A stretch of DNA of 64,000 bases from Bugula neritina (taxonomy: Eukaryota; Animalia; Bryozoa), in contig OZ037773.1 in NCBI GenBank assembly GCA_964035545.1, positions 8,833,751-8,897,750 on the forward strand, written 5' to 3'. The position numbers and the translations under genes were made by a program. How positions within the stretch are numbered: the first letter of the stretch is position 1; the number at the start of each line of letters is the position of its first letter. The notes under the pieces were generated by a model. The model saw nothing but the letters and a program-made list of their open reading frames with translations, was not told the origin of the DNA and did not search any database. Positions 1 through 15,167 of the stretch are shown in pieces.

Positions 1-49
1 ACTTATAAATTATACAGGTTAGACTTTGACTATTCATTTCACAATAATA

Positions 50-938
50 ATGGACGTAATGAAGAGTGTCAGATTTTGGTGTCTTGCTTTGGCCATAGGT
101 GAGAACTAAAATATCAAAAAAATAATTTTAATTTATTTTGTGATTTTAATCGATTATTCTGTTTTGCATGAAAGAAGATAGTTCATACTGGTTGCTTATA
201 TTTTATATTTTCAGTACCATACCTGCTAAAATATTTTTAATTGAGAAAGTTTTTGAGAGATTTGGGTGGTCTGCATGAAATCGACTTTTTCACTTTAGTT
301 GTTTGAAAAGTTGACTTTTTACTTGTAAGAGCAAAATAGCTAAAAAGTTTTTTATACTCGTTATAAAAACTTCAGTCCCTAATTATTGCCCAAAAATTGC
401 GTGTTTATAAACAAAATTGATTTATATAAGACATTTCTGTCATTATAGTTATAGCTATTTTATTTGATCATTATTATTATTTTAAATATTATTGATAATC
501 TCAGTATAGTATAAGCATTTTAGGTTGCTGTTGTTTGGACCCGAGAGCAAAAACTTACTAGGTTATTGATGTCATACCCCAAAAAATTATTTAATTCAAG
601 CTACTCTTCTCTATTACACTTTTTGACTGCTTGTTCCCTTGTAGTGGTGCTGGTTAGCCTATCTGCTGATGCTGCCAAGGCTGATGAGACAACCAAGGCT
701 GCCAAGAAGGCTGCCAATGTCACTGAGGCCACCGTAGCACCGATACCGTCTTTAGAAAACTACTTGAAGGCTAATCATGGCATGTTTAAAAACATGTTAG
801 AGGTGTACAATGCTATAAGAAAATACTTTGTAAGTTAGTGTTGTAATTATTTTCGTCAGTAGTTTTTTAGTGACAAGGAATTTTGTTGTATATTGTTATG
901 TATATTGTTATGTATATATATATATATGTATATATGTA

Positions 939-986
<48 letters not shown>

Positions 987-2778
987 AATATATCTTTACG
1001 AGCTAGCAATTTGATTATAAATAGGTATACGAGAAACATTGTTATTTATTACTTTATTAGGTAAAGTAACTACACTGATATTTCGGGTACCACTGTACCC
1101 ATCTTCAGAGTAGCAATGAATGAAATTCAAAAATTAAATAATTTATATATATACATATATATAAACTAAATAAGTTATTGTAGAGTTTGTATAAAGATAA
1201 AGCACTGAGCTCACACATCAGGGACAAATGCACTCTGAAAACCACTGAGTGTTGGAGAGCCTCCAAGTCTCCAAAAGAAGTTGTAAGTCTCAATGTACTC
1301 ATGAAACTTTACTCTTAACATTTGTACAAGTTCTAAATAGACATTGAGTTGAACTCGAATATATAAATAGAAGTGATCATGGTCAAGTTTAAATTAATTG
1401 CAATGCTGACCCCATCTGATGTTACTCGCTGACGGTATTTCAGATTTGAAGCACATGTTTATTGCCAGCTGAGATAAAAATATATTTAAAATTTACTTTT
1501 GTTTGCGTGCTAGCAAAATGCAATTACTTACTCAAAAACCTTTCCTTTTCATTGAAAATTAAATTTTTGAATAATTTTGCATCAAGTGGACAAAATTAAA
1601 AATAAGCTTTTAATGACTTTATTTTGCCAGCTCATGTAATATACCATATGTATTGTCATGTCAGCTCATGTAATATACCATACCTATTGTCATGTGCGTC
1701 TATGTTTACCATAAGTATTATTGTCTTCAGACAGTTGAGATCTTATCTGCTCTGCACCGGCAATTCCACTGCTGTCTGGTACAACACACCCTCCTCCCTC
1801 ATGACCTGGTACAGTTCATAAACCACAACCAGAACGTAATATGTCTGATGGGGGGAATTCCCGGGTTGTGTGACTCACATGCCCACCTGGTAGATCTCCC
1901 TCACTGTTCTGACCACTGCCCAGGTATATCAACACCATACTATCTGTGTATCATATGATATATTATATGTGGTATTTAATATACATGTAATATATTATGT
2001 GTATTATATAGTTTATTACATATTGTAGTTCAACATGTATAATATTGTTACTGCATGCATACTAGTGTATTTTATGCATTACAAACTGTTTAATTTTACT
2101 AGATTATATTATACATTTATTTTATTTTATTCTAAATTTGCAAAGTTACGTTAAACATACAATTGTAGTTTAGCACATTACCCGCAGTGTTATTTCAACT
2201 GTATTTCATAATTAAATACTTGGTTAGTGAAAGCAAAAGCACATGTAGCAAATAAAGAAGGTTTGAAACTTTTGAAGTGCTTAAACAGATTTATTCAAAG
2301 TGCAAGGATTTAAAAATCCTAAAAATCGCTAACAGTTTATTTGCGAATTTTAATGAAAAATTGGTCTGCATGTGTACATGCAGCTTTAAATAGTTCAGTG
2401 CTGGCCTTGAACATAATTATAGACATTAAAACTAGACATAGAAGTTACAGATAAATATAGAGATTAAAATAGATATAAGGATTACTTGTCTCGCTATACA
2501 AGCATTTATTATAGTTTAGACAATGACATTAGCATTTAAATATGCTCAAGAATTAAAATTATACATATTTGATGTGAGATTCAATGGCTCTACGAACTTT
2601 CAATCCTGCTTTATGATATATTTATGCCAACTTTGATAGTATTTAATTCAACTTAAATACCAAGCTGGATACAATGTATTAAGTACTGTATAACTTTGTA
2701 GTTCCGATAGAGACCACTCTCTGTTCCCTGGCCAGGACTATGAGTTACTATGACTGTATGATGTTTGGACAAGAGTAA
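50..2778 (+). CDS. Secreted Cys-rich helical protein A (~200 aa), candidate four-helix cytokine-like; exons 50-98, 645-829, 1184-1282, 1731-1923, 2702-2778
   Basis: All junctions are GT-AG and in frame (phases 1,0,0,1). Signal peptide MDVMKSVRFWCLALAIVVLVSLSADA; ends PIETTLCSLARTMSYYDCMMFGQE*. Exon-by-exon homology to the paralog at 3575-5395. Confidence 0.85.
893..985. repeat. (TA)n-rich microsatellite, intronic
   Basis: Visible TA run with TATG interruptions. Confidence 0.95.
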
Positions 2779-3574
2779 TCAGCTTAAAGTTAAAGAGAGG
2801 CAAATGAATGAACGCAACTTTAGCTTTTCATGCTAATTGTTGGTTTTCAATGAACTTCAATATGCTATTGTATTTCTTGATGCAGCGGTGTAAATTGTTT
2901 CAAGGTGTCAACAAAATATAGTTCAATTTAGTGCGCAATGATGTCTAGTGTTATATAAATGTATGCAATACAAGAGATGCGTGAAAATCATTTGAATAGT
3001 AGGTAAATGCTATACATATCACAAAAAAATAAATGATGCCACATATGTCAAATTAACAGATCAAACAATGAAAATATTTGCCTGAAGTTTAAATTGAATT
3101 TCACTGCATCTCAGCAGTCTAAAAATATATTTATATTTTATAAAACAGATTGGCTGGATTTATTAAAACTAAAATTCTAATGTTTTGTGGAAAAAAAGTT
3201 CAAGTCAAAATATATTTTCAATTAGGCAAATAAAAGCTGCCAAAATGTTTTATTAAACATGTTTTGAATTATTTTTCTGTTAACAACTTTAAAATTCAAA
3301 CAAAATTGACTGATAGAAAAGATGGCTCTAACTGTAATGAGTTTGAATATTATATAGCTGTAGTGGTCTGCTCTTGTGCTAAAGTCAACCTAACACTTCA
3401 TACATATAATTATACTCCTATGAACTTACATTATTGCAGTAATTAGTATTGTTAAAATTCCTACAAGTATTATACCTATAGACCAAGCATAATTCAAAGT
3501 CTTGGAGAAACTGAAATATGGGAAAACAGTTATTTGTAAAGTAGTTTTTCTGCTAGAAGGTAGCAAATATTGTG

Positions 3575-5395
<1,821 letters not shown>

Positions 5396-6872
5396 CCGTA
5401 AGCAGTCTTTAGAAACCTCATCTCATACTGATGTATATTTATTATTAATAAACTCCAGCATTATAAGCAATTATTTGTTATACTATAAATGAAAAATTTC
5501 AACAGCATAAACCAATAAACAGTGTTGAACAAAGTTGTAATCTTCTGTTTTAGACCCGTAAATACTAGTTATTTCATAAATCTGATATGTGATTTAATAG
5601 TTAATATTTAAATGAAAATTCTGTAATCTATCATAATATTTGAATTACAAGCAACATAATTATGTATTTTTAATATAGTAGCTAAACTGCTTTATACATC
5701 TTTTTTAAAGTTTGATGTGGTCTCAGAAACCATATTAGTTTTTTGTTCTGATTTTTTGACATATAGATTTGCTGATTTAGACTATTTTAAGTTATAGACA
5801 TTTTAGGTAAGTGAAAGTGTATACTTCTTCATGTGCAACAAAGAAAACAATTTAAAAAACCTTTAATCCCTTTGGTTAAGGTTAAAACTCTTTTAAATAT
5901 TTCAACTCGTATAGCTTGAGCAGACTTAAAACAGTACAATACACATGAGTTGTAGCCTAGCTATCTTTAGCTATCAGTAGATCATATTTTCTAAGCATCT
6001 ATAAAAAGCAATGCAGCTTTTTAGCTTCTAATGACCTGGATGTAAAAGTTTTGCCGACACTAAAATAGTGGTAAGTATTTTATCATATCTAATCTAATAT
6101 CCTCAAATAAAATTTAGAAACATGTAATTTGTAATTTGGTTACCAACAACTTTATAAAAACATTTTAATGATATGTAAATTTATTCTTGTTTTGTTATTG
6201 CGGATGCAATATATTTATGTATTACATGGTGTAACTAGAAGTATATTCGATAGCAAATATCTGAAACACCACATCCATGGGCCTACACTATAGCTAGCTA
6301 TAGCTGTAGCCATTAGAAAGCTTGTGATAAAGCAGAAAGCTATAGAGCAGTTTTTGGTTTAAGTATAAGAGGCGGTGGATTTATCTTTTATGATCTTTAC
6401 AAAAAATAAAACACTGTGTGCATTGAATTGAAGGTCTTAAACAGTTTTTAAATAGAGTAAGAATATATATGTCTGAGATAGTTTTTTAAATTAACAATCA
6501 AATATTTTTTAACTAAATGTTTTTCATTTATATATTGATTCACTGAAACTAAACTAAACTTATGATACAAATTATCCTAATAGGCATCTTTTAATAATAC
6601 TGAAACATGCATGAGAAAAAACTAAAATTTTGCACCTCAAATACTTAATCTTGTAAGTTTTTTCAACATTTGACACACTTTACAAGATTGCAGCGATGTC
6701 TTACTCAAATAAAATAAGAAAAAATTATTTGGAAACAAAATGCATCAGTTATTCAAAAAATTTTCAAACAATTCCTATAATTCTTTTAATTCTTTTAAAA
6801 GGAAAATTTGACTAATAGTTGTATTCTGTAAAAATCGAAACTTTGTTGTAGATCAGCAGACAGCCGCTGAGA

Positions 6873-9800
6873 ATGGCAAAGCCAAAAGATATTAGGCAGA
6901 TTAAAGTGCTGTCTACAAAGGAAGTTGTGTGTGGATATATGTTACAAAGGTAAAACTCAATTCATACGGGGAGCACAACTTCATAATAAATTGCTGTGTG
7001 TCTTTATTCAATCTGCTATGGTTTTCACTTGCTCAAGAGTGACATAAAATGTAAACTGAAGTAGTGAAAGACTCAATGTTTGAGCAATTTGAAGTTTGAA
7101 CTCTATAATTTCTTGGTAACTGAGTTACTTGTTATAGTTGTTATGCAAGCTTAAACAGTGTAATGCATCAAATGTGTAGCAAACCAATCACTTTAAGGCT
7201 AATAAAATTAGCAAATAACATACTAAATGTTAACGCTAATAAAATGCTTATTCTCTAACTGGGTAGAGGGAGATTATAGGTCTAGGATTTAGCATTCCAA
7301 ATTAATTATAACAATTGTGATACACTGACCCTATAATAATCATGATAAGTAAAAATCATTTCAATTTTTACCTCATTATAAAGACGTGTGATATGTATAT
7401 GTTATGATTTATATAATAGCACTTTAATTTTAACAGCAAATTAATTTTTCAATACACATGTATTGAGTAATATTGTATAGTGCATTGGTTAGTATATAGT
7501 TTTCTATAATCAATACCAAAGGTTGTAGATAAGACAACTTCTCTTGAATTTCTAGATTGTCAGAAGATGCTGACAACTTCTCAAAACAAGTGATGCAATA
7601 TTATGCGGATAAATTTGACTGCTGGACTCTGGATCACCTAGTAAAGCTAAAAGCAAACGTAGAGGATTACCTGCATGCATTTGATTTCCTCCGTGAGTCA
7701 GATATTAAGTAGTTATAAGTTTTGGTGTTAAACTTAACTTGAACAATTTATTAGTTGAATAGAATTAACTTCATTTATAAAGTTACTATATAGATGCTTG
7801 TAAAAAATTGCTAGCTTTAATTAAAGGTAATTGAAATATATCTTTGCTATAATTATTTATTTAATTGATTAAAAAATGAAATTTTGACTGAAATATTTTG
7901 TCAATAACTTCTACTAATAATATAAGTTTTAAGCTCCCCCCCCAATAAAACACTAGTAAAGTAACGCATATGTAACAGACACACAAAAGTCACTTATAGG
8001 ACTGCTTGTCTAACAGGGACTCCCCAGAAAGCATATTTTAGTTGACATATTGCATAATTTAGCAGGATTTAAGAAATTAAGTTACAGGCAGCGTAAGAGT
8101 ATATAACTAGCTATCCTTTCTTACATGAACACTATTTCCAAGAAGTTTGAACCCATGACCTTGTGCTATTTATATTAGGCTGCAGCTGCTACTTATAATA
8201 TATTGATTATTGATATTGATATTGATTACTATTAGAGCATAAACAGTCTAGTGGTCTAGTGGTTAGAGCTTTTGCCTATAAGTAAACAAGAGGTCATGGG
8301 TTCCAGCCCGGACAAACACTATTGGTGATGTTAAGAAAAACATCCAGTCATAATTGCTCCTGTGCCTAATTTAAATAAACCCTTAGCACTTTTTAACAAG
8401 AACTTTTTTCATCACAGGGTTTCTCACATAGATAGCAACTATAAACTTGCATGAGTGATTTCATTAAAGTACAAACATCTTTATTAATACATCACATCAA
8501 CTTTAGACTTGTAGAACTAATGTATACATATGATAAAGTCAAATTTATCTTCAGCCTTGCACAATGCATATTTGTTGGAAAATTTTTTACTTTGCTATAT
8601 AGTGCATGTTGCATTGTTTGATGCCAATCTTTTTACAGTAAAACAGGAGAAGCTTCATGTTGGCAAAGTGCCCAAAGATCTGGACCTCATGACTATGTCA
8701 GAAATTCGACAACACCTGAACAAACATGTCACAGTGACAGCTGTCTCCGAGCTTAAGTTGAACGTAACTTGGTGTGAAGTGACAGCGGTGAGTTTGACTT
8801 GAATGTAACTTAACTGAATTAAGTTTTACTTGAAGTCTGTTGCAAGTTTGGATTGAGTTCTTGAGTATAACGGTTCTATAAGAAATACAAGTTTGGGTTT
8901 TACACGATGTATTCGTTTGCCATAGAGTGAAGAAAATCAATAGAAATAATTATGATAATGTAAGTTTTAATTACATATTATGTTATGTTGAAGCTAAGAA
9001 ATTAATGTGCATGCAGCTAAAGCATTATATTGTGACTCATCTCAATATCAAACTCAAAAACTTATATCAAATTTTCTTCCAATATAAAACCAAAAGTAGC
9101 TACAGTCTATATAGGAAGGTTCCAGCAGATAGTTTTAATACATATAAACTGTCAACTCTAGAAATATTTGTTGAAATTCCAGCTCCTGGAATATGTGACA
9201 AGAGTAGCTTTTGCAATTCTGAACTTTGGTAAAATAAATGAGTCAGTGATGGTTCTGCAGTGGTTCGTAGAGTTCATGACAGGACTACCTATTCTAGAAA
9301 CTTCTGAGGGCTGGGTAAACTTTTACTTTAATTATTTGCAATATATAGCTCTTTCAAAATTTCCATTTTTTATATTAGCTTTTACTAAAATATGTTACCC
9401 ACAACATTGGTTAGGTGTTTTAATTTTTGAAGTTCATCCTTTTGCATAAACAATGCAGTTGTCTAGAAGATAGTGCTAATTCACACATCCTAGGATCTCT
9501 CAAAATTAAAAAATAATTATTTCTATTACTGAAACATCACTATAGTTATACAATTCACCAGTTCTTGTTTGTCATCTATAAGTCCAACGAAATGTTTCTT
9601 ATAATCTTACCATGCCCATTTGTAGAGAGGAGTAACCAGTGTGCTGCTTCGTCTACCTAACTACGCCAGATCATTTGATGAGGAGGAAATAGGGTCATCT
9701 GATGGACCAAAGAGGATTTCCTGTAAACATGTTTCAAGCACCAGTCTTAATATTCAATGTGCTCAAGATAAATCTCAGAGCGCAAAGAAGAGAGCTTCTA

Positions 9801-10096
9801 AAAGAGCTACATCCAAAGTAACATCACGGGACAAAATTGACAAACATCCTTCACAAAAATCTTTGTCAAAAGAATCTTTTTCTAAGAGTAGCTGCAGTAG
9901 ATCCAGCAGTACATTGGTAACCCCATCAGATGAAGCTGTCTTTGAGGCTCCTACATCTAAAACTCCCCCTTCTAGGAGACCGAGATCAAGCTCCAACAAA
10001 GGTGATGCTAATTTAGAACCACCTAAAACTACATCTAAGAAAAGATCTTTCGAGGATATTAAGAAAGGTAGCTCAAGAAAATCCCGCCTCCCTTAG
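6873..10096 (+). CDS. Divergent Bcl-2-family-like protein 1 (~321 aa) with Ser/Lys-rich tail and no TM anchor; exons 6873-6949, 7556-7692, 8639-8787, 9183-9314, 9626-10096
   Basis: In-frame GT-AG model (phases 2,1,0,0). BH4-like STKEVVCGYMLQRLS, BH1-like SELKLNVTWCEVTALLEY, BH2-like ILETSEGW|RGV with a phase-0 intron directly after GW. The family call comes from motif recognition only. Confidence 0.72.
8245..8460 (+). mobile_element. tRNA-derived SINE, family 1 (V-SINE-like core)
   Basis: A-box-like TGGTCTAGTGG and degenerate B-box GGTTCCAGCCC. Core CTATTGGTGATGTTA..CATCCAGTCATAATTGCTCCTGTGCCT is shared with 51925-52130. Confidence 0.7.
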
Positions 10097-11062
10097 TACA
10101 CTACTTTAGGTGATATATAGACATCCTAATTTGCTTAGTTTCATTTTGAATGATCAGCAGTTTGAATAGCCTATCTTTGAAAGTATGTTTCAAAATACCT
10201 TTAGTAAAAATAAAGTTTGAACAAATATTTAGGCCAGCAATTGATTTATGCAAATTTAAACACATAAGTATACTTTCATGTGTTTAAGCAGCTTTGTATT
10301 GTAATGATCTGCAGTTTCTAACCTTAAATAATTTAAATGACTATAATATTCCTGTAAACTTTTATGTTTGGCAAAATTAATTGAAGCAAATAAACTACTA
10401 TAAATGAATTAATCAAATGTGCGTTTGAGTCGTATTTTCATATAACTCATCAGTATAATATCCCTTTCCATGAAACAGCTTGTAAAAAAAAGTGCTAAAA
10501 AATAAAGTCGAGAAGCTTAAAAAATTTGTGAAAAAACAGTTTATTAGTTATGTAATGATGCAGTGAAATAAACTTATATTAATTTCTTCCCTTTTTTGTA
10601 AACTAGCAATAAAAGTTGCTGTTCCTTGGATTCATTACACTGATTATTAGTGCAGGTAGCAGCTACTTAAAAATAGCTTATTACATAAAAGCATTTCACC
10701 AGAATTGAGTAATTTAATTTACGCATGACACAAGTATGTTGCATGAAGTTGCCTGTCATTGGTCAATTTACAAAGGCATTCTATTTACCAGCCAATAGAA
10801 GCTAAGTACACAGTTTTCATTAGCTTAAACTTTGAGAACTACAAAATTCGTATAAAACAACTTTTTGCAACCAGCAAACCTAATAGTTAAAACAAAGAAT
10901 GAATTTATGTTGATTAGTGGCAGCATGTGTTTTATTCACCATACAGAAGAAATAGCATTAGATGTCCGCCAATCAATTATTATGTCAATAGAGAAACCAA
11001 CAAAAAGAATTGCTATAGCTGAAGCCAGTTAGTTGCCTTCTGCTAGACTTGGGAGATAGAGT

Positions 11063-14000
11063 TTATTTTCTTGTCGATTTCTTTCCAGAGCTCCTGTCTC
11101 TCTTTGTCTTACTAGATCCACTACTTGGCTTCTTAGGAGTGACTGATGAGGGAAACACTGTTTTGGTATTTCCAGGAGCTGGCGTGCTGGTAATAGGACC
11201 TTCAGCTTGTTCACTGAATTTTCCAGCAAAGGGAGTTCCCTTGCTTTTGCTCGCAGATGACATAGTTGGCCTGCTGGCACCTAGTCCAGAGTCACCAACT
11301 CCTATATCCATCTGAGAGAGTTTTTCTTGAGCAAGATAATCCAATACCTCAGAATGATGCTCAAAGGATACATTATCTGCCATAGTCTGAAAGTGATAGC
11401 ATAAGTTACACTTTCCAACTGATGGGTCAGTAGCCACTGCGAGATACAGAGAGCCTATAGCTGAACAGTCTGTATTGGCGCACTTTCTCTTGCGGAGAAT
11501 GTTGTTTTGATGTCTATGTTCTGGTTTTACATCACTATCTTTGTCTAGGTCGTGTACCACCATATGCATTTTCATGCATTTCTCAGCCATCAGTTGCACA
11601 CCGCATATAAGACAAATGTATTCTTTACATTTGTTGCATTTAGCAAAGAATTTTCCTTGTCTGGACAGAGTTTTTATGCTGCAGCGTGAACATTGGAGGA
11701 GCCCAAGCATAGGTTCATCATCCTTTGCACAATCAGTTGCGGCTGCTTTAAACTCCGTTGCAGCTAATCTCTTTTTTGTTTTTGGTTTGAGATTTGTTGC
11801 CAGAACATAAGAAGTACTTTCGGAGTCCATAGGTTTCTTTTCTCTTACTGTAGATTGAGCGAGTCCACTATCATCAGCAACATTGGCAAAAGCTGGCGTG
11901 AGAGTTTTGCTAGGGGAGACTTCTATGGGTTCTGGATCCACCTCCATCAGTTCAACAACCTCTCTTTCTGGTGAACAATCCATTGGCAGGCTTGATGGCA
12001 CTATCACATCATACTTCTCTAACGGTTTCACTCTGTTGCTGTTGAACTCTTTAGGCAAGGTAGAGAGCACATCGTGCTACAAAAAGTTGTCAATATACAC
12101 ATTACTTTACAAATCATGAAGTTTAATTTTCACGTAAGTTTGAAAAGCAGGACTGATTAAACTCAAAACTCTGCAATATGATTTGTTTAGATTTGCAAAA
12201 GTTAAAAAAACTTAGATACAAAGACCAATTGTTGTGCGTTCTAGTAATAACAATTTGCTTTTTGGTGAAATTACTAAGTAAGATTCTAAGCACAATTTTT
12301 AAACAAAAACACAATTTCACATCATACTTTGAAGCTGTTATGCCTTTGAGCTGTAAGAGACTTTTTTGTCTAGAAGGAGATATACAGAACTAAAAGAGTA
12401 TAACATGCTAACCCAGCCTTTTGTGGACTTGACTACTTTTTGGTCGTCTAAAAATGATACTAGCATCTCAATCGTTTCTTTTATTAATCCAAACTTTGAT
12501 AATCTGACCAGCTGGCAGATGACATCAGTTGTGAAATGAATCAGCTGCAATATATATAAATTAGTAATTCAGTAATATAATAATACAGTACTATAATATA
12601 ATATGCATTAGCTCGTTCAGTAAATTACTATTTACTATCACACTAAAAAGTAGAAGCTCAATATAATAATAATACCCTGATACCACAATAGAGACATTAT
12701 TGATTTGATATGTTACTACCCTATTACAAAATTTACTAATTATGCAATATATTAGTATTGCAAAATAATAGATGACAAGTTATGCTAGGATCCCCTGAAA
12801 CTGTAAGACCTAATCTCAGGTTGAAAGATGACCCATGACTTTCCTAATCGGTGTCATAAACAGCCTACAACAGTTTTTGCAGAATTCCCTGCCACGGCTT
12901 CCCTTAGAGATTCAAACATAAACACTTCTCAGAGTTTATTGAAAGCCAGTAGAGTCGACTTGTTTCCCTCTTGTCCCTAACACATACACAAGTTGGCCAT
13001 CTTGTCTCTAACACATACTCACACCAGTCATTTTGTCTCATAACATTATGCATGTGTCAGCCATCTTGTCTAGCAAATACTTACGTCTGCTATTTGATGC
13101 CATGTGACTGGTCTTCTATAAAGGTCTGAGTACTGTAAAGTCGGATGCTGATTGTAGTAGTGCTCATATCTTACAGCGTTATCAAATACTTTCTTTGGAC
13201 AAGTCTTGTAGATATTATCTGAAAAAGCAAGTACAAAATACAGCTGGTTTCAATAAGTTCAATTTGTTTACTTAAATGTTTCTATTAGCAGCTTTGAGTT
13301 GGAGGTTGTAAAATAATTGCCCCCACTGGGAATCGAGCCCGAGTCCTCTGGCTTGCAAGCAAGTGTGCTACCATTACACCACGGAAGCCATTGGGTAAAC
13401 ACTACAGAGGTGAATGAGTGCAGTAGTTTGGGGTTTGGGGACATAGCTCCAAACATGCGGGGGGGGGGGGGGGGGGGAGGTTAGGTACCCTCCTAACTAC
13501 TGCACTTATTCACCTCCAACTCGGAGCTGCATATAGAACCATTCTGTTGACTTCCAAATGACAGGGTGTCTATAAATAGATATTAGGTGCTAGCTATCTG
13601 CTACCAGTGACTGCTAATTAGCTGAGCTTTGTTCCCTAGATTATATAAGAGTAAAGCTACTATGTATAGGCCCACGTGCAGAGTGGTGTTTTGTTTCTTT
13701 CAAAATGACTGGTTTTGTGAGAAGGAACATGCTGAGATGGCTTGTTATAAGTTTTCCATAGATCTCATGAAGAGCATAAATAAATAACTTACACTATAGA
13801 CAAAGGTAATCTTGCATCTATTCCAACTAACTTGTATAAGTAGTTTATATTCTTACCTTTGTTGTAAAGAACTTGTATATAGGCATAAAACCTTGCGTAA
13901 TTCCATGGTGAAGGTGCTAAGTGTGTATCTTTGCCTAAACAGTCTTTAAGAATTCTTCTGATCTCTTTTGGTAACTCTCTTTGATCTTGAATTATTCTGC

Positions 14001-14772
14001 AGAAGTCATTGTAGTGTAAGCTAGAGGTCTATTTTCATTTAAACTATTTCAGATATAAACTATATCCACTTAGTACTAAGTAGAACCTAGGTATTATAAT
14101 GCTTGTAATCTCTTACATTCATCTAATGACAAAACTGATCTACATCTGTAACCATGTGGAACTAAACTAATAAAGTAGAGAAATCAAACAAATAATATAT
14201 TCATTCTGTATATTCATTCTGTAACTATAATAAGAATGTTCAAAACTTAAAACTTCTATACTTTTTCAAGAATGTTGAATTCCATAATTTATTAAATTTT
14301 TTTATATGGAATACAGTTATTATAGAAGTTATTCTATTATTAGTATCAGCTTGCGAAATTCATCAGCATTTTAAAATAAATAGTATGTATTTTGGTGTCA
14401 ATTACCATCTTTATAACAAATTAGAATCATGTATTGGAAACTTCATGCGTTAAGGAAGATTTAATGAACAGCTTTTGAAAAATTTTTTTCAAAAGTATTC
14501 AGTATTATTTGGCAGCTGAGGAAAAGAAATATGTTCTAACTATAATTCCTAATATTATAAAATTGCCTTCCTTTAAATTATTTTCCATGTGACTGTAGTT
14601 GATCGAGTACAAAATGATAAGCCTAAATTGACTTCTAAAAAGCAGAGGTAGTTGAACTTATTAGGGTTTTGCATGTGAATTATTGGAAAGACAGGTGAGA
14701 GATATATAGCAGTAGTTACCTGCAGCATACACAGGCCAGGACCACTTGTCTGCTTGTTATAATGTCCGGCAT
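11063..14772 (-). CDS. Divergent Bcl-2-family-like protein 2 (~498 aa) with C-terminal zinc-finger-like region; exons 14772-14720, 14020-13857, 13218-13085, 12544-12413, 12076-11063
   Basis: Same phases (2,1,0,0) and same 132-nt fourth exon as protein 1. BH4-like TSRQVVLACVCCSL, BH1-like SDLYRRPVTWHQIADLIHF, BH2-like VVKSTKGW|HDVL. Tail has CxxC..CxxC, C2H2-like YICLICGVQLMAEKCMKMHMVVH and Cx4C-x18-CNLC. Confidence 0.72.
13305..13406 (-). mobile_element. tRNA-like element (SINE family 2 or pseudo-tRNA), intronic
   Basis: Minus strand GCTTCCGTGGTGTAATGGTAGCAC...CTTGCAAG...GGCTCGATTCCCAGTGGGGGC; anticodon stem imperfect. A second copy lies at 53775-53891. Confidence 0.7.
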
Positions 14773-15167
14773 TGTCACACCTGAGGTGACGTTCATTGCA
14801 TAACTCATTATTTATGCAAAACTTTTGCCAGCAAAAGCCTTGCCTATTCCTATAGGATATTTCGTCACTGAGAATCTAATAACTAACTGAGCTAGAAAAA
14901 TATTTCAAATATTGCAAATATGATATTTTAAAAGATTTTTGCAATGAGTGCAAATATTTCACATTTGCATTATATTTTCTCTCATTTAAATATTTACAGT
15001 CAGTGAAAAGGTGATTACCCTAGACTAAAGCTCAGCAAGAACCTCTTAGGCTTTAAATGTTCAGCAAACTTAGAAGTCCCAAAGCACATGTAGAACAAAG
15101 ATATAGCAATATTTTATTTCATATAAAACTATACAAAAATACAGAGAAAGTTCAATATAATAAACAC

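Noticed and set aside
566-838. ORF start MMSYPKK as the true N-terminus
   Set aside because: The paralog structure supports an upstream exon (50-98) spliced to an acceptor at 644; 566-644 is intronic.
13318-13390. Functional tRNA gene
   Set aside because: Anticodon and T stems pair poorly, the B-box is altered, and a diverged second copy shares non-tRNA flanks.
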